DNA of 64,000 nt from Eledone cirrhosa (GCA_964016885.1 OZ024747.1:34038001-34102000), one strand, 5' to 3'; positions 40,575 through 54,664 are shown, counted from the first letter of the stretch. The notes: generated from the letters alone by a model not told the origin. A program made the numbers and translations.

Positions 40575-40844
40575 TGCAACACACACACACACACATACAC
40601 ATAAATAAATGTCTAAAAATAAAAAAGGTGGGAATGTGAAGGGTAACGTAGAAAGTAGGGGAGAAAAATAGGGAAAATAAATGACATAGGAAAAAGTTTA
40701 AATTTAATGGGAGATAAGGGAGAAAAAGAATATAAGAGTACAGAAAGTGAATTCAGAAGGTAAAAAAATCGTAGTGGATGTAAGGCGTAGAGAGCAGAGA
40801 AGATGTTCGAGGTGGTTGAGTTATCGTAGGAATGTCAATCCAGT

Positions 40845-41060
40845 TACAGAACAGATGTGATTTCAGGTGAGGACAACATCTGAAGATCTCGGTCTTGGGG
40901 TTCAGGCAAGTTGAAGTGGCTTTCAAGTTTTGTAAAATCCTAAATTTTTTCGTGCTACACAAATAACAATTCTTTGTGCCCCTTTGGTACTCCCTCGAAT
41001 GATCTAAAATAGACCAATCGATAGATTACGGGATGTTTTTATCCTTGAATTAACACACCT
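40845..41060 (-). pseudogene. PLE GIY-YIG C-terminal fragment
   Basis: DWSIL...YQRGTKNCYLCSTKK..IL...LNPKTEIFRCCPH. Confidence 0.75.
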
Positions 41061-41161
41061 TATATATATATATGTATATGTGTATATATATATATATATG
41101 TATATATGTGTGTATGTGTATGTATATGTGGATGTGTATGTATGTGTATATGTATATGTAT

Positions 41162-41249
<88 letters not shown>

Positions 41250-41541
41250 ATTTATTTTTATGTATGTATGTGTATGTGCAATCGAGTGTATTGCTTACCA
41301 CGTGTGTTTGTTCATTTATTTGTTGCCTGTATCGCTGTCAACTTTATAATAATTTTTACATTTATTTTTTATTCTTATGTGACGGTATTTTTAATATTAT
41401 ATTTTTTCTTATCATTATTTGTGTGTGTACGTATGTAGGTGTGTGTACATATATCTATATTTGTGCATGCGTATGTATGCGTATATATATGTTTGTATGT
41501 ATGTGTGTGTCTGTACGTGTGTATATATGTATGATTGTGTG

Positions 41542-41602
<61 letters not shown>

Positions 41603-41606
<4 letters not shown>

Positions 41607-42177
41607 TGGCTGCCAACTCGTTTTCGAGTACGGCCACTACTTTATATCCATGTAGGAGAACCCCTACCGATGCGCTGAACGAGTGTGACTTTTTAGTCCA
41701 ACCAGCGACTTGAAAACTCTGGTACAAACACTACACTTGTGACAATTATCGACACATAGTGCTTTGCCTTTGGCACTATGTGACGACAAGTGCAGAGAGA
41801 TCTCCAGATACAAAACAATGCCTGTGCCATGAAGCTTTTATAGTGAGCAAAAGCACTGCACAAAGCCAGTCCCACTCTCTTAACCAAGATGATATTTACC
41901 AAAAAGAAGAACAAGTCAACATCATTGGATACCATCAGGGTTGCAGGTGTTATATCAGAGCTTTCCTTCTCCTAGAATTCTGCCTTGACAAAGGCTAAGG
42001 GGTCATCTCTCCCAGTGATTTTGGATGGCCATTGACTCTTAAGAGCTCCTTTGCCCTTTGACAGGTTTTGTTTTTAGTCCTGCAGGATGTCCAAAGCCAC
42101 CCTCCTCACCAAGAAACCTTGGTGGGGTTGCCAGTTTAGTCGCCAACGACGCGACCATGAGACAGGTATTACTGGGA
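41603..42177 (-). mobile_element. ~570-bp SINE-like element with RTE-type 5'-UTR sequence
   Basis: Three copies in the window. Contains CCTTAGCC...GGCAGAATTCTAGGAGAAGGAAAGCTCTGA, a motif recalled from RTE 5' UTRs; ends in (TA)n. Confidence 0.65.
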
Positions 42178-42256
42178 TACATGTACACATACATATACAT
42201 ATACATACATATATATATACATACACACATACATACATATATATATACATATATAC

Positions 42257-42703
42257 ATGGTGGCTGCCAACTCGTTTTCGAGTACGGCCACTACTTTATA
42301 TCCATGTAGGAGAACCCCTACCGATGCGCTGAACGAGTGTGACTTTTTAGTCCAGCCAGCGACTTGAAAACTCTGGTACAAACACTACACTTGTGACAAT
42401 TACTGACACATAGTGCTGGGCCCATGGTACCATGTGACGACAAGTGCAGAGAGATCTCCAGATACAAAGCAATGCCTGTGCCGTGAAGCTTTTATAGTGA
42501 GCAAAGGCACTGCACAAAGCCAGTCCCACTCTCTTAACCAAGATGATATTTACCAAAAAGAAGAACAAGTCAACATCATTGGATACCATCAGGGTTGCAG
42601 GTGTTATATCAGAGTTTTCCTTCTCCTAGAATTCTGCCTTGACAAAGGCTAAGGGGTCATCTCTCCCGGTGATTTTGGATGGCCATTGACTCTTAAGAGC
42701 TCC
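42257..42703 (-). mobile_element. Second, 5'-truncated copy of the 41603 element
   Basis: Near-identical tandem copy. Confidence 0.75.
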
Positions 42704-43014
42704 TATACATATGTGTGTGTGTGTGCGGGTTTGTGTATTTGTGTGTATGTGTATGTATGGATATGTTGATATATATGTGTGTATGTATGTATATGTATAT
42801 GTATGTGTATGTATATATATATATGTATATATATATATGCATGTGTATGTATGTGTATATATATGTGTATGTATATATGTGTGCGTATGTAATTGTATGT
42901 GTGTGTGTGTGCATGTGTGTTTATTTTTCCTTCCCTTCTTCCTTTTCCAGCATCACTTTCATATAGAATATAATTTTGTTTTTAAAATCTCATGTTAATA
43001 AATACACCAAGATT

Positions 43015-43075
43015 TTTCATTCTGATGATTGAAAGCAAAATTTGTTTGCTTTCAAGAAACCACTGGTAAATGAAA
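43015..43075 (+). ncRNA. Type I hammerhead ribozyme, canonical
   Basis: TTTCATT-CTGATGA-TTGAAAGCAAA atttg TTTGCTTTCAA-GAAA-CCACTGG-TA|AATGAAA. Confidence 0.88.
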
Positions 43076-43202
43076 TAATTGCCTTGTTGTTTATTACATA
43101 ACTATTAAGCTCTGTAACCTACATAGAGGACTCTTTTTTCCTGGACATTTCTGACGGAATTACTTCATAAGTAAGTTAATTTTATAATTTTCTTATTTTA
43201 CG

Positions 43203-43264
<62 letters not shown>

Positions 43265-43265
<1 letters not shown>

Positions 43266-46200
43266 TTAGTAATGTTCCATATATTGGTATTTTACTATGG
43301 TGCCCTGGGTATATCAATTGTCTGCCATAGTCGAGCAGTATTCTTCTGTCGAGGCTGCATTGTGTGAGATCTGCCTATGGGTAACAAGATGGCCGCCAAT
43401 AGACATATTTACCTTACTAATTAGAGGGTGGTTTCAGGGGAGGTAACTCCTCGAGAGATTAGAAATTGTGGGTAGTTTATAGTTAAGTGCTAATTTTTTA
43501 ATTGAGAGACAATGTAAGAGAAGTAACTTATGATTATCTAAGTTAGTTATTACTATTTAACTTATTAGCTACAAGTAAAAATGGGGCAAGATGACTATGT
43601 TAGGTAAAATATTCTGTTGGCGGAGGAAATAGCCCTTCGATGTTGACAGCTAATAGTTACCTCCGTTCTATCGTTAATCGGTAGAGGTCGTGATAGAGTT
43701 ATCTAATATGCTTCGGTAAGACAGAGATCACAACATTTTCTTCGTCCATTGAACGGTTGGTCCCTAGCCAAGATATCCCATGTTAGTGAGTGTTCAATGT
43801 TGGTTAATTTAAGGTTTTTAATGAACCTAGCTAGAGATGTCGAACATCCTTTGCTAGGGTCTCGGAAGGAAAAAGTGTGCGCGTTATAGCATACCTTAAA
43901 AGGGTTAGAGGTAGACCCGATATAGGAGCTGGTATACGAAGCAGTTTTAACCGTGCACCTATAGACTATGTTGTGTGTCAGGCAATGTCGATTTAGAAGG
44001 CATGCATTAGGGTAACGGCAGTTGCAGTGACTTCTGCGGTTAGTGAGAGTTTTGTTGTTTAATCTAAGCGGTTGGTCAGTGCTAGAAGAATTAGATGCGG
44101 GAGGTGTGCTACTAGTGTAAGTATTGGTGTAGTGGCGTGGTGTATTTAATGGGGCTGGTGGTACCGCGGTGTGGGACCTATACTGTCTTAGTTTATGATG
44201 GTTACTGAATGAGATGTGGCTAGCTAGCTTAGGTGTTGTGGAGAATGAGATTTTAATGTTATTTTTATTAAAGAATTTGTAATATCTATGGTTGGGGGGG
44301 GGTGCTTAGATAGGATAAAGAAGAAGCGTTTACGGATATTAGTGGCTAGATTAGATGATTATGTAGGGTTAAGCCAGGCGATATTTCTAGGCCTATTCCT
44401 TCTAGGGTTTCTAGTGGAGTTGGTAGGGGCCTTCATAGGATTATTATTACCTTGGCATTTGTCATCACATTGCTCATTCCTATTCTAGGGTTGATTCTTA
44501 GTTTGCTACTTGGAGTGGATAGCAGGCCACTGCCATCATTATGGTTCCCTGTATAAGTGCTGTTACTGCTAAAATTCCGGCGAATCTGGCTATATGCTAA
44601 GGTATTTTTAGTTCTAGTGTTAAGTTTATTATGGCTGTGGGGAATTGCTGTGTTATGACATTTAGGTATGTAGTAAATGGACTGTTCATAACCAGATCAG
44701 AAAGAGCCTTATTATAATATGCTGCATGGTTTATAAATATCTCCTCATTTGCTGATAGCATGGAGATCCTATACGAGATAGATTTGATTACTGCTCTCAT
44801 GACTGCCGGTGGTTGGTTAGAGTGTCGGCTAATATATGTAAGTATTTCCCCTTGGTTTATGGTAAGGGTAATATAGGTTATTGTTAAGACCCAAGGTAAC
44901 GTCTAGGAAGTTTACTACTTTCTGGTTCGGCTCGATGGTGATAGAGAGACCGTTATTTTTAAAGAATCTATGTAATTGTTTTTTGAGCAAGTCAATGCCT
45001 ACAAATATCACCTGGCTTAACCCCCCCCCCCATGCAATTGTGGACTGCAAATAGGGCGTCGTGCCTGTATATTCCGCCTTGCAAGTGTTGGATTTCGGCT
45101 CTGATGTTATATAATAGGTAAATTCCAACTAAATCGGTGATTTGTGCAGAGTTACTTGAGCCCATCGTGATATCAAAGTTGTCTGTTCTGTCTTTTCTAT
45201 TCCATAGTGCTCCGTTGAATTCAATGATGGTCTGCCTAGACATTGACAGCTATTACGCTTCAATAATCCCGGAACTGCTCAACAAAGCATTAACCCTAGC
45301 CAGCACCAAATCTGACATAACCAATAATGATATTGTCATCATACTTATGGCTAGGCAGACCATCATTGTATTCAACGGAGCACTCTGGACTAGAAAAGAC
45401 AGAACAGACAACTTTGACATCACGATGGGCTCAAGTGACTCTGCGCAAATCACCGATTTGGTTTGAATTTTCCTATTAAATGACATCAGAGCCGAAACCC
45501 AACCCTTGCAAGGCAGAATATACAGGGACGACGCCCTATTTGCAGTCCACAATTGCACTAATCGAGGCATTGACTTACTCAAAAAACAATTTCATAGATT
45601 CTTTAAAAATAGCGGTCTCTCTATCACCATCAAGCCGAACCATAAAGTAGTAAACTTCCTAGACGTTACCCTGGATCTTAACAATAACCTATATTACCCT
45701 TACCATAAACCAGGCGAAATACTTACATATATTAGCCCACACTCTAACCACCCTCCGGCAGTCATCAGAGCAGTAATCAAATCTACCTCGTATAAGATCT
45801 CCATGCTATCAGCCAATGAGGAGATATTTATAAACTCTCTGAATCTGGTTATGAACAGTCCATTTACTACATACCTAAATGTCATAACACAGCAATTCCC
45901 CACAGCCATAATAAACTTAACACTAGAACTAGAAAAACCTTAGCATATAGCCAGATTCGCCGGAATTTTAGCAGTAACAGCACTTATACAGGGAACCTTA
46001 ATGGTGGCAGTGGACTGCTTCCCACTCCAAGTAGCAAACTAAAAATCAACCCTAGAACAGGAATGAGCAATGGGATGACAAATAACAAATGCCCAGGTAA
46101 TAATAACCCTATGAAGGCCCCTACCAACGCCACTAGAACACCTAGAAGGAATAGGCCTACAAATATCACCTGACTTAACCCCCCCGCCCATTCTCATCTA

Positions 46201-47540
46201 ATCTTGGCACTAATATCCCTAAACGCTTCTTCTCTATCCTATCTAAGCATTTCCCCCCACCCATACATATTACAAACTCTTTAATAAAAATAACATTAAA
46301 ATCTCATTCTCCACTACACCTAACCTAGCTAGCCACATCGCATTCAGTAACCATCATAAACTAAGACAGTATAACTCCCACACCGCGGTACCACCACCCC
46401 TATGAAATACACCACGCCACTACACCAATAATTACTCTAGTAACACACCTCCCCCATCTAATCCTTCTAGCACTGACCAACCGCTTAGGTTAAACAACAA
46501 AACGCTCACTAACCGCAGAAGTAACTGCAACTGCCGTTACCCTAGTGCATGCCCACTAAATGGAAATTGCCTGACATCCAACATAGTCTATAGGTGCACG
46601 GTTAAAACTGCTTCGGATACCAGCTCCTATATCGGGTCTACCTCTAACCCTTTTAAGGTACGCTATAACGCGCACATTTTTTCCTTCCGAGACCCTAACA
46701 ACAGATGTTCAACATCTCTAGCTAGGCTCATTAAAAACCTTAAATTAACCAACATTGAACACTTACTAACATGGGATATCTTGGCTAGGGCTCAACCGTT
46801 CAATGGACGAAGAACATTTTGCGACCTCTGTCTTACCGAAGCATATTACATAACTCTATCGCGACCTCTACCGATTAACGATAGAACGGAGGTAACTACT
46901 AGCTGTCAACATCGAAGGCCTAATTCCTTCGTCAACAGAATATTTGACCCAACTTAGTCATCTAGCCCCATTTTTACTTGTAGCTAATAAGTTAAATAGC
47001 TATAACTAACTTAGATAATTATAAGTTACCTCCCTTACACTGTCTCTCAATTAATAAATTAAAAAAATAGCACTTAACTATAAACTAACCACAATTTCTA
47101 ATCTCTCGAGGAGTTACCTCCCCTGAAACCACCCGCTAATTAGTAAGGTAAATATGTCCATTGGCGGCCATCTTGTTACCCATAGGCAGATCTCACACAA
47201 TGCAGCCTCGACAGAAGAATACCGCTCGACTATAGCAGACAATTGATATACCCAGGGCACCATAGTGAAATACCAATATATGGAACATTACATTTATGTA
47301 ACATTCTTTCCATATTTTAATTTGTAGTGCTTTTGAAGTTCCAATGAGCTGCTCTATCTTTACCTATGTTAATTATTTTCAACTGAACCTGATCAATAAT
47401 GATATATAATCATTTGATCCAGAAATATTATATGGAGTAGCGAAACAATTGTAAACGGACATTATTATTATTAATATTATTATTATAATTCTCTACATTA
47501 CTTACATCAAAATAAAATATGTTGACAATCTTTTAATAAT
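43265..47540. mobile_element. Naiad-type PLE as a ~4-kb palindrome (minus arm 43265-45243, plus arm 45237-47540)
   Basis: 43268-45243 is the reverse complement of ~45350-47292. Degenerate HHR at ~47381-47430. Confidence 0.92.
45237..46957 (+). pseudogene. 5'-truncated Naiad-type RT plus GIY-YIG
   Basis: DIDSYYASI, ITMGSSDSAQITDLV, IYRDDA, NFLDV, SNHP, CNCRYPSACPLNGNCL, YIGSTS, CDLCLTE. Confidence 0.88.
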
Positions 47541-47761
47541 GTCTTCCTTGTGAAATGTCTGGCCTTGTTTTACTTAACTAATGAATATTTCCACCTCTGT
47601 GCACCTAACCTCTGCATGAACCCAGCCACCTAGCTGCTTTCCACTGCATATTGCACATTGAGCACGCCTTTGCTCTTTGGCTTCTAACTAATTCACCAAT
47701 CTCTCCTCTCCTATCTCCTCTCCTATCTCCATCTCTCTCTTTAAGATTGGTTACTCTTGAA

Positions 47762-47814
<53 letters not shown>

Positions 47815-47819
<5 letters not shown>

Positions 47820-47945
47820 TAACATAGAAATAACTTCTATAGGACTAGAACTGTTCCATTGAAATTAAACTATCAGGAGAGACTGATGATTTCTTTTGAA
47901 TGAAACAATTTCAGTCCTGTAGAACCCATTTCTATATTAAATATG
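47815..47945. repeat. Small imperfect fold-back with back-to-back degenerate HHR cores
   Basis: CTGATGA..GAAAC (47883, +) mirrored by CTGATAG..GGAAC (-); (TA)n on the left. Confidence 0.6.
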
Positions 47946-47973
47946 TTTACACCCTATTAATGTATTGAGTACC

Positions 47974-48007
<34 letters not shown>

Positions 48008-48149
48008 CTGAGGGTTGGTGAACTAAATTACTACCACTACATGAATTGAATAATCGAAACCTTAGCGGTATGGCCCTATCCAATCTTTCATATATTTTAT
48101 CTGATCAAAATGTACTGTTACACCATTATACCTTCGAAATATATATAAT

Positions 48150-48330
48150 AATTGTTTCTTCTTTTAGCACAAGGCCAGCAATTACCCAGTGCATTACTGG
48201 TACTTTATATTATCGACCCCGTAAAGGATAAACGGCAAAGTTAACCTCGGCAGTATTTGAACTCAGATCAGAAAGAGGTCTATATTCTGTGCTGCAAAGT
48301 CTGTTGTCCGACCCTCTACCGATACTGCCG
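48150..48330 (-). mobile_element. tRNA-derived Nin-type SINE
   Basis: Homology to 2024-2213. Confidence 0.8.
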
Positions 48331-49445
48331 ATATAATAATATATATATTTTGGTTATGAGAATATTTTTCATTTATTAATATTTTGAATAATATATTTAT
48401 TTGCCTTACCAGCAAATGTCGATGCATGTGTAACGCACACTTAGGCACACGCTTCACGCTTGTTTATTTTGGGACTTCAAACAGTGTATTTAGCAGAAAA
48501 TTATTTACTTTCATTTGCAAGAACATATTTATGTTTTACTTTTATTTCAAGTATCCGTAAAAATATCACTTGCAGTAAATTTAATAGATGTGATGTTGAA
48601 ATGATGGTCAATGCTGTCCTCTAAAAACACTAAATGCCAGGTAAAAATCAAAGAACAGAATATATAACAAAAGCAATTCGAAGAGAGAAGAAAGAAAAAT
48701 TAATTGTAATAGCATCTTTCTAACACGCTGCTACATAGCAGTTCCTGATGAATGCGAGAATACGAGAGAATGTGAATACTATGTAGATGTATATTAAAAG
48801 AAGGTTTCTTTCAATATGTTTAAGAGGCATTAACAAAGAAAGTAAAAACAATGGCAAACAAACAACATCAAGAAATACAAGTGGGAAAGTTAAAGCAACC
48901 AAAAGGAAAATATGCTAGACCCCTACATAAAAAGGGGTGAGTTATTGGCAGAAAGGTACGATCCACTCATTAATGAATCTCACCTTTTAGTCCAAAAGAA
49001 TGTTCTCTCATGAATCTGTCTATTTCAATGCTTCTGCAATGAATTCTATCATTTTGAAGTGGCTAGCTGTTTATTTTAACCAAAGCCCAATTAGTGTAGC
49101 ACCCTCTCCCCTTCTCTCATCGAAGGCTTCCACTGAAAATTATATCTCACTTTCTTCCATAAAACAGTCACCCAGAATATCTTTACAGTCATTAACTTAT
49201 ATATGTTCGATCAAAACTAATGATCTTCACCAATTTGAAAGTGTATTCTCAATCATGAGAAACAGACCATCGATTTGACAATGGTGCTGCTGTATTTGCA
49301 TGATTACATACATAAATACATACTTAAACATACATAAATACATATATGCATGCATACACACATACACACATTCACACAATAGATACAGACAAATATACAT
49401 ACATACACACATATATACATATATACACACAATATATACATATAT

Positions 49446-49975
49446 ATGGTGGCTGCCAACTCGTTTTCGAGTTCGGACACTACTTTATATCCATGTAGGA
49501 GAACCCCTACCGATACGCTGAACGAGTGTGACATTTTAATCCAGCCAGTGGCTTGAAAACTCTGGTACAAACACTACACCTGTGACAATTATTGACACAT
49601 AGTGTTGGGCCCATGGTACCATGTGACGACAAGTGCAGAGAGATCACCAGATATAAAGCAATGCCTGTGCCGTGAAGCTTTTATAGTGAGCAAAGGCACT
49701 GCACAAAGCCAATCCCACTCTCTTAACCAAAATGATATTTACCAAAAAGAAGAACAATTCAACATCATTGGATACTATCAGGGTTGCAGCTGTTATATCA
49801 GACTTTTCATTCTCCTAGAATTCTGCCTTGACAAAGGCTAAGAGGTCATCTCTCCCGGTGATTTTGGATGGCCAGACTCTTAAGAGCTCCTTTGCCCTTT
49901 GACAGGTTTTGTTTTTATTCCTGCAGGATGTCCAAAGTCACACTCCTCACCAAGAAACCTTGGTGAGGAGGGTGA
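49446..49975 (-). mobile_element. Third copy of the 41603 element
   Basis: Near-identical sequence. Confidence 0.75.
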
Positions 49976-51085
49976 CATATATACATACATAGATACATAC
50001 AGAGTACTCAAAAATTCCTTCCAGTGGGTCCTGTCAGAAGCAACAGTTTTTAACTGATCCGGCTGGATACGCGAGTTTACCGGTGTTGGTCCGTGTTGGT
50101 CTGTGGAGGAGCTGTTCTCTTATATCACAACTAACCATCATATATGGTGGCCTTATCACTATTCACCACCTCTACTGAGAATAGCAGAATATCTATCAAA
50201 TGATAAAAACTGGACATTACACCAGCTCTATCACACACTGATCTTTGATATATCATTTACTATATTTTCAACAATCTATTTCCAGTACATTTATTTTGCT
50301 TTGTTATGTCTAACCTGCTGGCACTGAAACATCATAAATGTTATGCTAAAGTGGCAAAAACTTATGGCATTATACTTGCTAAGCTAGTTTCATCTCTTGA
50401 AGCTGAAAGTATCATCACATCCAGATAAACACCTCTTAGAAATTATGCCAAATTATTCTATTACATTAAATCCACCTAAAAGAGGTATACATTGAAACTA
50501 TATTTGATAATTAATTTTGGCAAATCTTTATAAAGTGCAACATTCTTCTTAGTATGTATAATCTTAAGTATATTACTCGTGCACACATACACACACACTC
50601 TCACAGACAAATATATATATTTCACTTTCGTGTATTTCCTTTATTCTTTAAAAGTAACTTCAAAGGAATATCTTAGCTGTAATGTACAAGTTGGTGCCTA
50701 TGTTACGCTGATCACTTCAAAGTAGCTAGAGTCACAGATGGCATCACGTGACCCGCCTTTCACTCCTCTCTCGCATTTCTTTACTGGCTTATGCCAAATT
50801 TTGTTCTCTTTCATTAACTGACTAGAAATGTAAAATAAGAGAAGAAATTAGAAAAATGATAATATACTTTAAATACTTTTCAGGTGTTGACGCTTATATT
50901 AGGAACAGCTATCAAATATTGATTTGTCAAATCTACACACCTGTCATGAATTGTTGGAGAGCAGTATTGATATAATGATTAAATTGTCTTCAGTTCATGC
51001 CAATTAGATATTGCAATGATCATAGATTGATGAAAATCTAAGTCGATCCATGCATACATTGAACTGACTGCAGAAACTGATGTAA

Positions 51086-51268
51086 TAATTGTTTCTACCT
51101 TTGGCTAGGCAATTATACCAGTGCATTACTCGTGCTTTATTTTATCGACCCTGTAAGGATGAAAGGCAAAGTGAACCTCGGCGGGATTTGAACTCAGTTC
51201 GTAAAGGGACGTAACTGTGCTGCAAACATGGCGTCTGACCCTCTACCGATACTGCCAATCCACCACCC
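51086..51268 (-). mobile_element. tRNA-derived Nin-type SINE
   Basis: Homology to 2024-2213. Confidence 0.85.
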
Positions 51269-51689
51269 TAATAACACAAAACAATCTCTAATACTCTAAA
51301 ATTTGTCATACAATTACACGATAATCTATCCAATATTAATACGTGGCTTGAATAGGGAGCACATTTTAAGTTTCTGTCAACATAAGACTTCAATGCAGTT
51401 TCAATTTCAAGCTGAAACTACTTCATTTTATTTTTCTCTCATTCTCATTTCTTGTAGTATGACATGCAAAATGGTTAGAGAAACAGATCAAGATTGTGAA
51501 CTTGACTAAGGAGTTATTTGTAGTATTATGAATTGACTCCAGGCCATTAGAAAATATCTGAAGCGGCAATCCCGAACAGCGTGCAGCAATGTCTGGTCAG
51601 GGTCCCCACAGTCGCACGCTGGGCTTTCTTATATTTTCTAGCCGATTTGACGTGTATTAACCATTCAATGATATTTTGGCTTAATTTTA

Positions 51690-51725
<36 letters not shown>

Positions 51726-51790
51726 TTATTAAAATAACAGTTTAAAGTTTAAGCCCTCTCTGGATTTTAGTCTTCAAAATTTATTATTAT

Positions 51791-51826
<36 letters not shown>

Positions 51827-51866
51827 GATATTAAACAAATGGAGACTATATTTATAAAACCATATT

Positions 51867-51932
51867 TATTTCATTATACATATTTCAGGGATACCATATT
51901 AAAAATATTGCATGCCTTCGTCAGATAAAATA
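51867..51932 (-). ncRNA. Type I hammerhead ribozyme
   Basis: TATTTTAT-CTGACGA-stem II-GAAA-TATGTA-TA|ATGAAATA. Confidence 0.7.
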
Positions 51933-51997
51933 CAATATATAAACAGTTTTATAAATAATTTTGACGTACCCTATTATAAGCGACCATTATATTTGGA

Positions 51998-52117
51998 AGC
52001 TGTCTGGATAGTGATTTGTTTATAATTATTTAGTTATAGTGTTAAGCACAGTTAGTTTTCTAACTGTGCTTAACACTATAACTAAATAATTATAAACAAA
52101 TCACTATCCAGACAGCT
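51998..52117. repeat. Perfect ~120-bp hairpin upstream of the HHR
   Basis: AGCTGTCTGGATAGTG...CAGTTAG tttt CTAACTG...CACTATCCAGACAGCT. Confidence 0.9.
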
Positions 52118-52150
52118 TGTTTAGCAGCCCGACAGCATGTGGCGACTGTA

Positions 52151-52190
<40 letters not shown>

Positions 52191-53656
52191 TGCCTTTCAC
52201 AGCAACATTGATTTTATCCATTTAGTGTGGATTATTATCGATATATCCTTCAGGATGTATGTGCTTCATTCACTGTTGGTTGTATGTTTTGTCAATATTT
52301 CAGATAACCTTCATGTTGATCTGTAAACCAAACATCTGTCACCATATAATTATCTCTTTTATCTCCACACTTTTCCTTGTTTCTCTTCCCTTGGAATTCT
52401 ACATTTTCTCTTTCTCTTGCTCTCACTCAACCTCCTTCTCGCTGTCTATCTCTATCTCTCTCTATCTATCTTTCTCTTTCTTTCTCTGCACCAATTCTCT
52501 TTCTTTCTTTCTGTCTTTCTTTCTCCCTCTCCATTTCTCCCTTACAACCAGTTTTGCTTCAACACCTATTCTGTATGTGTATTTTTGTTGTCGTTGTTAC
52601 TGCTGTTGCTTAACTCTATATCAGCAAACATATAATAAAAAACATTTTTACCTTAACACTTTAGCATTTAAATCGGTTGTATCCAGTCAGAATTTTTTCA
52701 CCTCTTTCTGTTTAAACTGACCATAACTAGCCACTCATACTGATTCTAAGGTATTGTTCTTAAAATAAATAACATTCAAATCTCAAAGATTCGATATTAT
52801 GTGAGATAATTTTGTGAGGTAAAGCCATTACCACGAAAATACATTAGTGTATATAGAGTAATGTATATGCTAAAAGGTTAAATATTCTCTATAATGTTGC
52901 ATCATTAACCGTACCGTCCAATGTAGCCTGCCATTTCTGAAGCAATAAAATTTGATTTGATTGAAATTTCACTGCTACTTCTGGCCTTTGCTGTATCCGT
53001 CTTAATTTGTCTTGTGATTAAGTCTGTCTCGATCTTTCTAATCACTGTTCAATCTTTTTCAATTGAAGTAATTGGTAGTTCCACCTTTTCCTTTTCTTAT
53101 CTTTTCTTGTCCACCCCTCCTACTTATTTTCGCTTTTACTTTCTCTACCTTTCAACTGTACCTCTCCGTATTTCAGCTGTCTTCAGAGTCATCTTCCTTT
53201 TCCTCTCTTCCCATCTCACTCCTTTTCTCTTTCTCTCCTAGTTCATTCCATTTATTTCTTTTCAACCAACGTTATCACATTAACACCGCATCTTCCTTTG
53301 CCGTATGTAACATCCTCAGGGGTACAACTCTCATTATCATACTTCATGTCCTCTTCCTATTACACTCATAGACATTCTTCTTTTCCGCACCTGTTTGTAA
53401 TTCACATCTGAAATTTTCAACTTTATAACAGCCACAGGTGAGGAAATGTGCAATATTTCTTCGTCATAAATTCTCTATCCTGTTTGTCTCCTGAAAATAC
53501 AAACACATGCTTATTCATCTTCTCTGCCCATCTATTCTTGTCTGTCCAACCTTCTTTGTCATATATTTGGCAGCCATGGCGATGCATTTTGTACTATATA
53601 TCTACATATCAAACTTATGTTTATGACAGACAAACGCATTCATACACACATACAAA

Positions 53657-53750
<94 letters not shown>

Positions 53751-54261
53751 GATTTGTGCTATTTATGCTATTTTCGGCATGATTTACACCAACTGAATTA
53801 CTTTGCCAAAATCTGGGGTTATTCCCCTTGTGATTTCCACACGTGGTTTAACTTACCACCGTGTCATTCACTTATTTGGTATAGAGCGAAATACCTGATG
53901 ATAACGTGATATTCCTTGTTCGATCGTTATACACAAAGCTTATATTTTTAAGCAGACTGTATTTTGATTTAGGTGTCACAGAAACTCTACATCGGATTTT
54001 AACAGCAATTCCGGGAGTCCAGGTCTGGTTATTACTTATTTTTTATCATTTATTTTGTTTTGACCTGTTTAGCTTGATTTGGTTTTTGGCTTGGGTGGTT
54101 AATACTTTCTTAACCAGCTTTTCAGTTTTGTATGGCTTCTTAACACATTGTTTAGCTCTGGTTTTTAACTATTGACCACTTTGCCAGTATCATTTTTGAC
54201 TTTTGCGTTTGGCTTCGCTTTTCCTGCCTGCCGAAAATGCGATTCTCACTGAATCTTTATT

Positions 54262-54301
<40 letters not shown>

Positions 54302-54304
<3 letters not shown>

Positions 54305-54479
54305 CGAAAGAAATGTGGTAGGGAACCAAAGTACCAAAGTACTCAATACTTAGGATAGTAGAGTGGTTAATAGGAACGAGTAGGACCCCGACGGCTGAGC
54401 TCAAGTCGTTTTGACGGCTAGTTCGTCCATAATTAGCCGTCGAAACGGCTTGAGCTCAGCCGTCGGGGTCCTACTCGTT

Positions 54480-54485
<6 letters not shown>
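54302..54485 (-). mobile_element. Palindromic HHR mini-element
   Basis: Palindrome 54370-54485 centred at ~54427; (TA)n on both sides. Confidence 0.85.
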
Positions 54486-54514
<29 letters not shown>

Positions 54515-54664
54515 TGACGTAGACAACGAAGCGTATGTGCATAAACGCACCTGCACCGTGTCGTATTTGTGACAGTATTGTATTAGCTCAATATACAACA
54601 AGAATAGAGCCGTTATATGTAAAAGAAATCAAAGAACGCCTACATACTCATACAATTTTTATTT

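Noticed and set aside
44992-45582. Overlapping sense/antisense ORF pair
   Set aside because: Consequence of the palindrome pivot.
52259-54175. Hydrophobic F/L/S-rich ORFs resembling membrane proteins
   Set aside because: Pyrimidine-rich low-complexity DNA; overlapping frames are equally open and show no motif.
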